From Octopus sinensis (lineage: Eukaryota), in the NCBI RefSeq assembly GCF_006345805.1, contig NC_043013.1:58652001-58716000 (forward strand): DNA of 64,000 nucleotides, in the 5' to 3' direction. The notes beneath the pieces are model-generated. The model was not told where the DNA came from, did no database searches, and saw nothing but the letters and a program-made list of their open reading frames with translations. A program made the translations under genes and the position numbers. This document shows, piece by piece, positions 47,236-58,249 of the stretch; position 1 is the stretch's first letter, and every line of letters starts with the position of its first letter.

Positions 47236-48670
47236 ATATAGTACAAATATGTTACGAAAAGAAAATATAAATATAAATGGCGGTGCCCCAGCATGGCCAC
47301 AGCTCATGAGCTGAAACTAGAATCAATCAATCATGGAAATGTAAAGGTAAAATATGAAAAATCAACGAAAATGCATATTGCAAATAGAAAAGGACTATTT
47401 ATGACAGGTAGCGACAAATATATACATATAGATTGACTGAGGTAGTAATACGAGTCATAAAGGTCATTATTATGAGATGATTATAAGATGATAATAAAGT
47501 AAGAGAACAAAACGAACCAATGGTTTACGCGAAGCTATTCATCGTTTGAACAACATCGGTTAATATACGGTGTCAGGTCTAATAGTTCCTGAGAAAAAAG
47601 ATTATTTGTAAGGGAGGTAAGTAGTTCTGGATTTAGTGATGTGAGTGGTGTAGGGATTGTATAGGGTTTAGTGGTTTCAACTGAAGAGTTAGTGGTGTTC
47701 TGTATTGAGTTGTGTGTTCATATTTAGTTGGGGGACAAATTTGTTGATGAAAAATTTGTTGATGAAAAATGCCTCTTTATTCAACCTTTGTTGTATTGTG
47801 GTGTTCTGTGAGCATTGGTAAAACCACATAGACACAACCACATAGAAACAGACATCTTTTACAAACCCACAGATTCTAAACAATACCTATTATTTAACTC
47901 CTGCCACCCCAAACACATAAAAAGCAACATACCCTTTAACCTAGCAAAAAGAATCCGCACCATAGTTTCCGATACATACACTCGAATCTGTAGTTTTGTA
48001 AAAGATGTCTGTTTCTATGTGGATGTTAACTATTCTAATTAAGATGTCTACAAAATGGAGTTGCTTACTGTTGTGCTCCATAGTGAATTGTATATTGCTG
48101 TGTATGTTGTTGAGCATTCTTTTGAAATCAAGGAGTTGATCCATGCAGAGGCATCCATAAAGAGACATTTTTCATCAACAAATTTGTCCCCCAACTAAAT
48201 ATGAACACACAACTCAATACAGAACACCACTAACTCTTCAATTGAAACCACTAAACCCTATACAATCCCTACACCACTCACATCTCTAAATCCAGAACTA
48301 CTTACCTCCCTTACAAATAATCTTTTTTCTCAGGAACTATTAGACCTGACACCGTATATTAACCGATGTTGTTCAAACGATGAATAGCTTCGCGTAAACC
48401 ATTGGTTCGTTTTGTTCTCTTACTTTATTATCATCTTATAATCATCTCATAATAATGACCTTTATGACTCGTATTACTACGTCACTCAATCTATATGTAT
48501 ATATTTGTCGCTACCTGGAATATGATTAAAAACAATCACAAGGCAGAAATAGCCTTTTTCTATTTGCCATATGCGTTTTCGTTGATTTTTCATATTTTAC
48601 TCTTACATTTCCACGTGTATTTTATATTTATTTTCTTTTCCTAACATATTTCTACTATATTTCACTACAC

Positions 48671-49657
48671 GTGAGCTCGAAAATGCCGCAAAATTCAAAC
48701 TCTGCATCGAAAACTCTCAACGAAGAGACCCTTAAGGAACTGAAAGAGATTAACACAAATCTGAGACTTTTAATTAGCAAGATCGAAGAACTAACTTGCT
48801 CTACACAAGAGGCAAAAGAAAAAGAAGAGAAAAAACTTCCTCTGGAGCAACTCAATCACCATTTGTCCGAATTATGCACCACTCTTCACTCTTTACCTCA
48901 TAATAATTTTCTAAATGAAAATCCCCCTATAGATGATACACAAGACAGCAATCCCTCCACACTTACACTTTCTATTAAAAACCGCATTATCCACATATGG
49001 AATCAAAAACTTAAAGCCAGAAAATTTACTTTCTGGAATATGATTAAAAACAATCACAAGGAAGAAATCTACGAACGCTGGCTAAATTCTACACCAATAA
49101 TTTTACCTAGCAAATTCCAAATTAAGCGTATTCTAAACGAGGAGGATCAACAAATACAATTAAGAGAAAAACTTGCACTGGAAAAAATGAAGACAGAAAT
49201 AGGACTCCTTAAGCTTAGAGCAGAAAGCAATGAAGAAAAAGTTAAAAACATCGATGAGGATATTTACAACGAATTAAAGAAACTTACGGACGGTCCCTGC
49301 TTGGAAAGTGTTTTTAAACTATGGAAAACAACTTGCGTGGATGAAGAAACTAACTCCTTACAACGCTGGGATAAACAAGCCAATTTCTTTAATAACTACG
49401 AAACTCAGTTTAACATAGAAAACGAAACGGATAACCCCTTCCTGAAGAAAAATAATCCAAAAACAGACACAGAAATTACCCCACGTGTATTAAACACTAA
49501 TCACAGACGGTCTAGGGGACGCAACTCGTCCTTCTCTGACTCGCTTGCTCCCCCAAATGGCTATCGGGCGGCTATCAATAATTCAACCCACGGGAGTAAA
49601 TCTAGACTTGATCTTCCCACATGCAAACCAAAGATTTCATCGAAACCCACAGACTGA
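48671..49657 (+). CDS. PLE upstream ORF (328 aa, helical/charged), continuing in another frame to about 50042
   Basis: Uninterrupted non-repetitive ORF with heptad-like L/E/K-rich stretches, placed between the upstream pLTR and the RT ORF. The ORF-track start codon is GTG; the first ATG is at 48683. Confidence 0.7.
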   Translation: MSSKMPQNSNSASKTLNEETLKELKEINTNLRLLISKIEELTCSTQEAKEKEEKKLPLEQLNHHLSELCTTLHSLPHNNFLNENPPIDDTQDSNPSTLTLSIKNRIIHIWNQKLKARKFTFWNMIKNNHKEEIYERWLNSTPIILPSKFQIKRILNEEDQQIQLREKLALEKMKTEIGLLKLRAESNEEKVKNIDEDIYNELKKLTDGPCLESVFKLWKTTCVDEETNSLQRWDKQANFFNNYETQFNIENETDNPFLKKNNPKTDTEITPRVLNTNHRRSRGRNSSFSDSLAPPNGYRAAINNSTHGSKSRLDLPTCKPKISSKPTD

Positions 49658-51540
49658 CCGAAGTTTTGGTGAACCACTTCCTACCAGGAATAACTTACCT
49701 CCGAGGCTTTGCCCCCAACACAGCCACTTCAGGCGGTCGGCGAGACGGGACATGACTAGATATCATAACCTCTCCCTCCAACCATATCACAATATTAAAA
49801 ATCAATTAAACCCAAACTACATTAGCCACAGACGATATAACAATCCTCAGTACAACCACTACACAACCACTCCACCACAAACATACTACCATAGACACAA
49901 TTTACACCCACCTTTCCCTCAGCAAACCAAACAAAATACAGACCTTCCACTACAATCCATGTACTACAACCACTTTTTAGACGCAAACCAGAGAAACAGA
50001 GATGTGAAATGGAAACAAATAAACAAGTCCAACCGAATATAATCAACCTGTCAAAGAAAATCCTGAGTTCTACACAAATCAAAATCCTAGCAAGAGGTGT
50101 AAAATTTACCCCTACCCCCCGCAGATCGAACCCAAATGAAACTAAGGACAATACTTTGGACTTCTGCCGTAAATTACGCCTCACAGAAGCTCTTTACAAC
50201 TACACCAGTGAAGATGACTCAATAGTGAAAAACAAAAGGGAGTACCATCCTACAAAATGTAGAAACAAAGCACTTGATGTTTTCTGTGATCACATAACTT
50301 GTAAGGCAATACCATTCCAAAACATCATATCAAATCCAACCTTAATTTAAATTAATGGAAAGACCTTGTCGATCTAAAAAATGACATAAACCTCACTATT
50401 AAAGAAGCCGACAAAGGAAGTGCGGTAGTACTGATGGATACAGAGTACTACAAAAATTTAATACTTTCCATGTTGGAAAATAATACTTACTATGAAAAAC
50501 TAACATATTACAACCCACAGAAAACACTGAAAAACTTATCCTTCTTACTCCAAATTCATGGAAAGGGTCTTACAACACATGAAATTGACTATTTATCCAA
50601 TTTCAAATACAGTCCCAGTCTATTCTACAGATTACCCAAAATACATAAAAATCCACTTATTTGTGAAGCCTGCAAAGACTCTACAAGCTTATGCATTAAT
50701 GTCCCTCCCCCTACTGACCTCAAACTCAGACCCATCATAGCTGGCCCTTCTTGCGAAACCCACCGTTTGAGTAACTTTCTTGACATATTACTCAAACCTC
50801 TTTTAAAATATGTGAAAAGCTTATCAAGGATGACCCAGACATGCTGAACCACCTCCCGAAGACAATAAAGGACGGAACTCTACTGGTGTCTTTCGATGTG
50901 GTGAATCTATACACTAATACCCCACACGACTATGGTATAGAAGCAATCCCATTCTGACTAGAAAAATACCCAGAAGAGATCCCAGGACGAATTAACCACA
51001 ATTTTATAATTGAAGCACTGAAATTCGTCCTGTTGAACAATCATTTCTTGTTCGATACTACTTACTATCGACAGAAATGCGAAATTGCAATGGGGACCAG
51101 AGCTGCTGTAGATCTAAGTTCAAGGAGTCTTTGTTCTCGAGTGTATGTATCGGAAACTATGGTGCAGATTATTTTCGCTAGGTTAAAGGGTATGTTGATT
51201 TTTATGTGTTTGGGGTGGCAGGAGTTAAATAATAGGTATTGTTTAGAATCTGTGGGTTTATAAAAGATGTCTGTTTCTATGTGGTTGTTAACTATTCTAA
51301 TTAAGATGTCTAGAAAAGGGATTTGTTTACTGTTGTGTTCCATAGTGAATTGTATATTGCTGTATATGTTGTTGAGCATACTTTTGAAATCAAGGAGTTG
51401 ATCCATGCTATCTTGCCAAAGTATGAAGTAATCATCCAAATATCTCTCCCAGTTCTCCTTTAAGTAGCAATTGAAGGAGGCGCCATATTTTTCTAGTGAT
51501 GATTGGTATAACTTAAGTTCGTGGTAACCCATTACGAGGT

Positions 51541-52278
51541 TTGCACTACCCAATCTCATTAGTAAATGAAGGCATCAAAAGAGCTAAGGAAATAGATATA
51601 CAAAGATTAAGGAAAACTCGCCGAAATACTAAACAAGACTTAAAAATACTCCCGTATATTTCCACACATAACCCCAGAAACAACGAAGCCTTCAACATCA
51701 TCACCCAAAACCTTCCCATCCTCACAGCAGACAAAACAATGAACGGAATTTTAAGCTCATATAAAATTATAAAAAGCAAAAAGCAACCGAATTCATTGAA
51801 AAGAATATTAACCAGCGCTAGACTTTACCCACTAACAACAGAGCCAAAAGTCACAAAATGTCGACGTACTAACTGTGGAACATGCCCCCACCTTCTGGAG
51901 GGTTCGGAATTCCAATTCAAACAAGGAGAAATATTTAGGATCAAATCAAATTTCACCTGCGCCTCAGCAAATGTAATCTATGTCATGACATGCATAGGAT
52001 GTGGTAAACTCTATATTGGACAAACAGGAATTTCGCTCCGTCAAAGAACCACCATTCACAAAGAGCAAATCCGCCACCCACAATACAGACAGTTAAAGGT
52101 GAGTGAACACATAGAAAGGTGTGCCAGGAATCTTAATCCCAATTTCCAAATCTTTCCCTTTTATCAATGTCCACAGAACACCACAATTCAACAAAGGTTG
52201 AATAAAGAGGCATTTTTCATCAACAAATTTGTCCCCCAACTAAATATGAACACACAACTCAATACAGAACACCACTAA
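51541..52278 (+). CDS. PLE RT C-terminus, Cys linker and GIY-YIG endonuclease
   Basis: LPYISTHNP, CRRTNCGTCPH, NVIYVMTCIGCGKLYIGQTG..LRQR...H, KEAFFINKFVPQLN. Confidence 0.9.
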   Translation: MHYPISLVNEGIKRAKEIDIQRLRKTRRNTKQDLKILPYISTHNPRNNEAFNIITQNLPILTADKTMNGILSSYKIIKSKKQPNSLKRILTSARLYPLTTEPKVTKCRRTNCGTCPHLLEGSEFQFKQGEIFRIKSNFTCASANVIYVMTCIGCGKLYIGQTGISLRQRTTIHKEQIRHPQYRQLKVSEHIERCARNLNPNFQIFPFYQCPQNTTIQQRLNKEAFFINKFVPQLNMNTQLNTEHH

Positions 52279-52719
52279 CTCTTCAATTGAAACCACTAAA
52301 CCCTATACAATCCCTACACCACTCACATCACTAAATCCAGAACTACTTACCTCCCTTACAAATAATCTTTTTTCTCAGGAACTATTAGACCTGACACCGT
52401 ATATTAACCGATGTTGTTCAAACGATGAATAGCTTCGCGTAAACCATTGGTTCGTTTTGTTCTCTTACTTTATTATCATCTTATAATCATCTCATAATAA
52501 TGACCTTTATGACTCGTATTACTACCTCAGTCAATCTATATGTATATATTTGTCGCTACCTGTCATAAATAGCCTAGTGCATGGTCAGAGCCTACATTGC
52601 ATTTCTACTTTCTAAAACTAGCAACAAAATCTATCACTTAACAACCGACCGTATTCAGCAAGAAGGCCAGGTCGGACAATGTGCCGTGGGTTCACTGCCG
52701 GATATGTGTGCTAATACCT

Positions 52720-52747
52720 ATTTCGTTACTACCCACAAGGGGCTATA
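52720..52747 (-). mobile_element. 28-nt SINE family A tail insertion with 16-bp TSD
   Basis: ATTTCGTTACTACCCACAAGGGGCTATA flanked by ATGTGTGCTAATACCT at 52704-52719 and 52748-52763. Confidence 0.85.
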
Positions 52748-52949
52748 ATGTGTGCTAATACCTTAACGCCACACACACACACCGGTTCAATATTTATATA
52801 TTTTCTTTCCCAAAATGTTAATTGCTTTTGTAACCTTGTCAATGGATGTTGACTCTCATTGAAGCGGTGAGTGTGTAAGGTAATAAGGCATTAAAGCAGT
52901 ATGACTCTCCTCCATACACACACACACACACACACACATACACACCCAG

Positions 52950-53250
52950 GGAGACAAGGCTGCGCGGTAAGAAGTTTCCTTCTCAGCTACATGTGCCGAG
53001 TTCATTCCTAGTGCATGGCTTCTGACCAACAAAAGCCTAATCAGGAATACATCTGGCTGAAGGAAACTTAAAGAAGCCCGTCGTATGTGTGTATCATTGC
53101 GTGTGTGTACAAGTAGCGCTTCACAAGCAGTGGTGCTTTATTTATGTCCTAGTGACTTAGCGCTACGGCAAAGTATCAGCATTGAAATCGATTTGTCCGA
53201 GTAAACCCTCCAAAGACCGCAAATCGGTCAAAGGAGTAAAACGAATAAAA
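52950..53250 (+). mobile_element. Degenerate SINE family C
   Basis: GGCTGCGCGGTAAGAAG head, GGAAACTTAAAGAAGCCCGTCGTATG, GACTTAGCGCTACGGCAAA. Confidence 0.65.
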
Positions 53251-53583
53251 GACATTCATTTCGATATTCATTAAGAAAACTTTCTACAATAAAAATTAAA
53301 TTCATAAAGTCGATTGTGTGTGTGTGTGTGTGGTGTGTGTGTGTGTGAGTGTGTGTGTGTGTGTGTGTTTGCGTGTGCGTGTGTGTGTGTGTGTGTGCTT
53401 GCGTGCGTTTGCGTGTATCTAGCTATCGAACTATTTATACTCTGCAGAAATGTTTGCATAAATAGGCTTTTTGTAAAACCTGAGTGAATAAAGTATTTAA
53501 GAGTTGCCTCTCTGTAACAGAGTCGAATCAGTCAAGAAAGATAAGAATTTGTACCACACACACACGAGCAGGCAAACACACAA

Positions 53584-53624
<41 letters not shown>

Positions 53625-54724
53625 GATATATATAACAGTGGATACCTATATATACACATAAAAAATAGACACATATGTCATACATTTGTGTGTATGTGTG
53701 TGCTTGCATTTGTGTATATGAGTAAAAACATGTACGTGTATATGTGTGTAATGCATGTACTCATACATAAATACATATGTGAATGCGTATATGTTTGTGT
53801 GTGCGTACGTTATGCGTGTATGTACACATTGTGGATGTATGTATATATATATATAGGGGAGTCAGTTCAAATTCAAATCTCTTGAGCACTACGAAGTGTA
53901 TTCTATACAGAGAATGCCTGTCTAATCTATACGTATATGTGTGTGTGTGTACACATGTGTATATGCATTTGTAATTCATATACACATATATACATTTATA
54001 TGTATATATATATATATACATACATTTACACACGCACTCACATGTGTGTATCTAAGGCAATAGATGTATATGCAGGCATTACTCTTTCTCTCCCCCCTCA
54101 CTCCCCTTTAATATGTATACACAAACTGGCGCACACTTCAGACTGCTATAGCCACAAGTCTCTATTATGGAACCTCCATTGCTCTCTTTCTCATTGTGTG
54201 AGTGCATGTGTATAGGTATGTGTGTGTGCATACATACACACTGACACACGTCGTCACGCAGGCATTGATACCTCAATGTACATGAACAATTTTCCTGCTC
54301 GCATTGTTACATTTGTATGTGTGTGTGTGTGAGTGTGAAAAGATATTAAAACATTATCACACCATTAAATGTAGACCTTCGTTTTGTTTTTTGGGAATGT
54401 CTATAAATAGGCAAGTGGTGGGGCCTATATATATATATATATATATATACACACTCACACACATGTATATAGGCACATAGTATTATACATATATGTAGGC
54501 ATGTATGTTTATATTTATTATAATAAAATTTTATGCATATGTGAATGTATATGCATGTGTATGACTAATATTGTATGCATGTGTGCGACTATAATATTAT
54601 TTACATGTGTTGAATAAATATCTAAAACATGTGGTTACCTATAGGAACATCTGTACAAATCGGTTATGGTCGTGTGACACAAAAAATAAAGAAATAACTT
54701 AAACATACAAGTACAGAGGCATAC

Positions 54725-54958
54725 TAATGCATACACACATACATACATACATACATACATACATACATACATACATACATACATACAGGATGATAAATAC
54801 ATACATTCATACATACATACATGCACACACACACACATACAAATATACATACATACATACACACATACACACACACACATACATACATACATACATACAT
54901 ACATACATACATACATACATACATACATACATACATACACACACACATACATACATTT
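54725..54958. repeat. (TACA)n/(CA)n microsatellite
   Basis: Direct reading. Confidence 0.95.
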
Positions 54959-55035
54959 ATAAATGCAGAAAGGTAGACTAATATAAACCTTTATTTTTCC
55001 TTTCTTTCAACTTGTTTGCGTTTGAAGTTAAATAA

Positions 55036-55083
<48 letters not shown>

Positions 55084-56394
55084 TAATAATAATAACAGTA
55101 ATAAAAACACTAATAATAATTGGCTACATATCTATATGTGCATGCTATATATAAACACATACGTACATACACACGCGCACACATATACATATGTACATAT
55201 ATATTTATAGAGAGGCATACACACAGTTCTACACACATACGAATGCTGTTATATCGCATCATCCTAACATATTGACATCTTATCTCCTTCAAAAGTTTCC
55301 ATTATTCAACAAAATCTATAACGTTACAAACGTTGCGAAATTTTGCTTTAAAAATATTGCTTCTAATACAATAAACCTCATCAATACAATTCTGCATAAC
55401 AACAACAACAACAACAGCAATCGCTGTAACAATAAGACGAACGATAACGACGGCTGCGACCGCTGCAACAACATCAATGTCGGAAACGAACTGCAGTAAC
55501 AAACCTACAAACCTCCAACAACAATACGTATGTGAAATGAAGAGAAACACTGATTGCCCTTTTTTTCTTGCTCGTCCTGTTGAGCTCAGAAATAAAAGGG
55601 GTAAATGAGGAAGACATGTTGTGGCGATAATGCCTCTTCCAATCTCGTTTCTAGCAAAACTGGATGAAGAATTGCTTCGAATCTTTTGAAATGCAATTTC
55701 AATGATTTACAAACACATTTTATAAAAAAGATGCCATTCAGTATAATTTCAATGGGGTTGGTTTTGATCCTGCTGCTGCTGCGACTGCTGCCCCTGCTTA
55801 TGTTACTGTTATCGTTGATGATGTTTATTTCGTTGCCGTCCCATTTATATTTGATCTAACAATTCTATGATCTCATCTGCTCAGTTTGGGGCCAGGGTTT
55901 TTATTTCAATTATAGTCCACCTTCAACAAGATTATAAAATTTTGCTTATCATTTTTAAGATAATAGGAAATATTCTGCTAGATATGCTAGCAGTCGGATC
56001 CAGTCTCTAGAGAATAGTCTCGTTAACCCAATCTTTCCCGTATGTAAAGATAATGTCACGGCTACACGGTATCGGCCAGACTATCGAATGTTGATACACA
56101 TCACTGGTCACAATGTGCTTAGCATTATTTTAGCTTTCAAATGACGCCACCCTGCTAGCTAGGGGAGAAGGCCAACATTCTCCCTGATCAGAAGTCTTGT
56201 CCCTCACAGGGTTACTCCTTTCCAGCTAAGTGGACAAGAACAACGTGAAATCAAGTGTTTTGCTCAAGAACACAACTCCCACTCCGAGAATCGAACCCAC
56301 AGCGAGCAATTTCTGTGTGCATAGTGACTCAGCACGTGAGATCTTTTGGTGATTAAGCTTGTGGTAAGATCCTTAACAATGTGCTGACATCTTG

Positions 56395-56785
56395 TCTCAA
56401 CGTTGTCTCACCAATCGCGAGCAACACTCCGTCGGTTACGACGACGAGGGTTCCAGTTGATCCGATCAACGGAACGGTCTGCACGTAAAATTTATGCGCA
56501 AGCAGCTGAGCACTCCACAGACACGTGTGCCCTCAACGTAGGTCTAGGGGAAATTCAGCGTGACACGGCTAGCCCTTTGAAATTCAGGTACAACAGGAAC
56601 AGGAAGAAAGAGTGAAAGTAAGTTGTGAAAGAGTACATCAGGGTTCGCCACCACCTCCTGTCGGAGCCTCGTGGACATTTAAATGTTTTCGCTCAATAAA
56701 CACTCACAACGCTCGGTCTGGGAATCGAAACCGCGATCATACGACAGCGAGTCCGCTGCCCAAATCACTGGGTCATGGCGCCTCC
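56395..56785 (-). mobile_element. CORE-type SINE family B (another SINE remnant lies at about 56060-56320)
   Basis: Reverse complement gives GGAGGCGCCATGACCCAGTGATTTGGGCAGCGGACTCG...GGTTTCGATTCCCAGACC; tail as at 1.9 and 28.9 kb. Confidence 0.85.
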
Positions 56786-57529
56786 GCTCTCTTACCAATA
56801 CTTAAACATACTTAGCATTTGGCAACATTAACATCCATCGGTGACTATCGACCCATTTTTTCAGGGCCGAGACTTTCTAACGTATATTTGCTTAGCTATG
56901 CCACTTCGGAAGATTTGATTATTGTTTCTTGTGACCACATAGATTCTCGCGTGTTAACCCGACCCTCATTCACAGATAGATTATGGAGATAGCCAAAGTA
57001 CAGGAAGGAAACATGGCCTTAGCCCTTAGTGTGTGACCTGCTGCCCATCTCCATTGACCTCCCCTCTTTGTGTCTTTCTATTACTATAAATGGGTAGGGC
57101 AGGGAATTAATGTAAGCGACTTATGTTCTGTTTTAGACATGACCTTTTGATGACACACAGTTGTGAAAGCATTTTATGAATTTGAGAGTTGCTCCCTCTA
57201 CAGACGAGCGAAGAACTGATATTTTGTATAGCTATGAAGATTATCACCATTCTTCAGTTTCATTTATTCTGACAGCCAAGAATAGATAAATTGGTTGCCG
57301 TGGGTATTTGGTGAAGAAAACATTCAAATTCTCCCTACCAACGTATTTGTGAAAAGCCAATAAGTCCAAAGATTTCTGACTATTTGTGATTGCTCATATT
57401 CAGTGATAACTGTTTGATATCAGGGCTAGGGCAAGGTAGCCTCGGTTCAGAAGTTTCATCCCTTTACACTTACTCTTGTAAGTGTTCATGTCTGCGTATA
57501 TATATATATATATATATATATAACATAAA

Positions 57530-57841
57530 AGTACAAAGTGAGATAGGGGTTAAGAGTGTAACCCACTATGGGATATCAATTATCCAATATACTGCCAGTG
57601 AAGTGCCCAAAAGGCTAATACATAAATGCTTACAATTGCAATGCAATTAGTTCATTTATTGTATTAGATGGGCGAAGGTAAAGTGTTTTACCTCAAATTC
57701 ATAATGCAAAATAAGAAAATGGAGGAATATATTCCTTACAATCATCAACTTACAGATAATACCAATTCATATAATTTATTAACTAATTAAATAGGAACAT
57801 CCAAATCCAGGAATATATTCCTCCATTTTCTTATTTTGTAC

Positions 57842-57892
<51 letters not shown>

Positions 57893-58245
57893 AAAGTAGG
57901 ATAGGAGTTATGGGTGTAACCCACTATGGGATAGCATGTATCATGTTTAATGTGTATTAATATTAATATTTTTAAATGCCTACAACCTCAGTATGTTGAC
58001 ACCTATAGGCAACAAAAATAAAATTAACTACTGAAACAGCTGTAAGAAGTGATTTTAATGATTTCAATAATTTATATTATGACTTTTATAATTTGTATTC
58101 TTATGTTATATGTATTGAATTATAAGATACATATGTATGCTATTCAGGTTCTCATTTTGTTAAATGAATAAATAATCCAACATTCTAATATCCGAAAGTT
58201 GATGAACAAACTAAATTTGTTTCTCCATTTTCTTATTTGTATTGT
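57530..58245. repeat. Mosaic of inverted and direct pLTR-like pieces of the 18.4-19.2 kb family
   Basis: 57530-57725 is a diverged reverse complement of 18965-19165. Perfect 30-bp inverted repeat at 57707-57736 / 57809-57838. Half hammerhead GAAACAGCTGTAAGA near 58035. Confidence 0.7.
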
Positions 58246-58249
58246 ATAT

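Larger units (their letters stand above)
47240..52575 (+). mobile_element. Rearranged near-full-length Penelope-like element (Neptune-like)
   Basis: IINLSKKILSSTQIKILARGVKFTPTP (50009), FYRLPKIHK, LRPIIAGPSCET, SFDVVNLYTNTP, MGTR, YLDD (in the inverted block), HIETDIFYKPTD, CRRTNCGTC linker, NVIYVMTCIGCGKLYIGQTG. Upstream inverted and direct copies of the 3' region. Confidence 0.92.
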
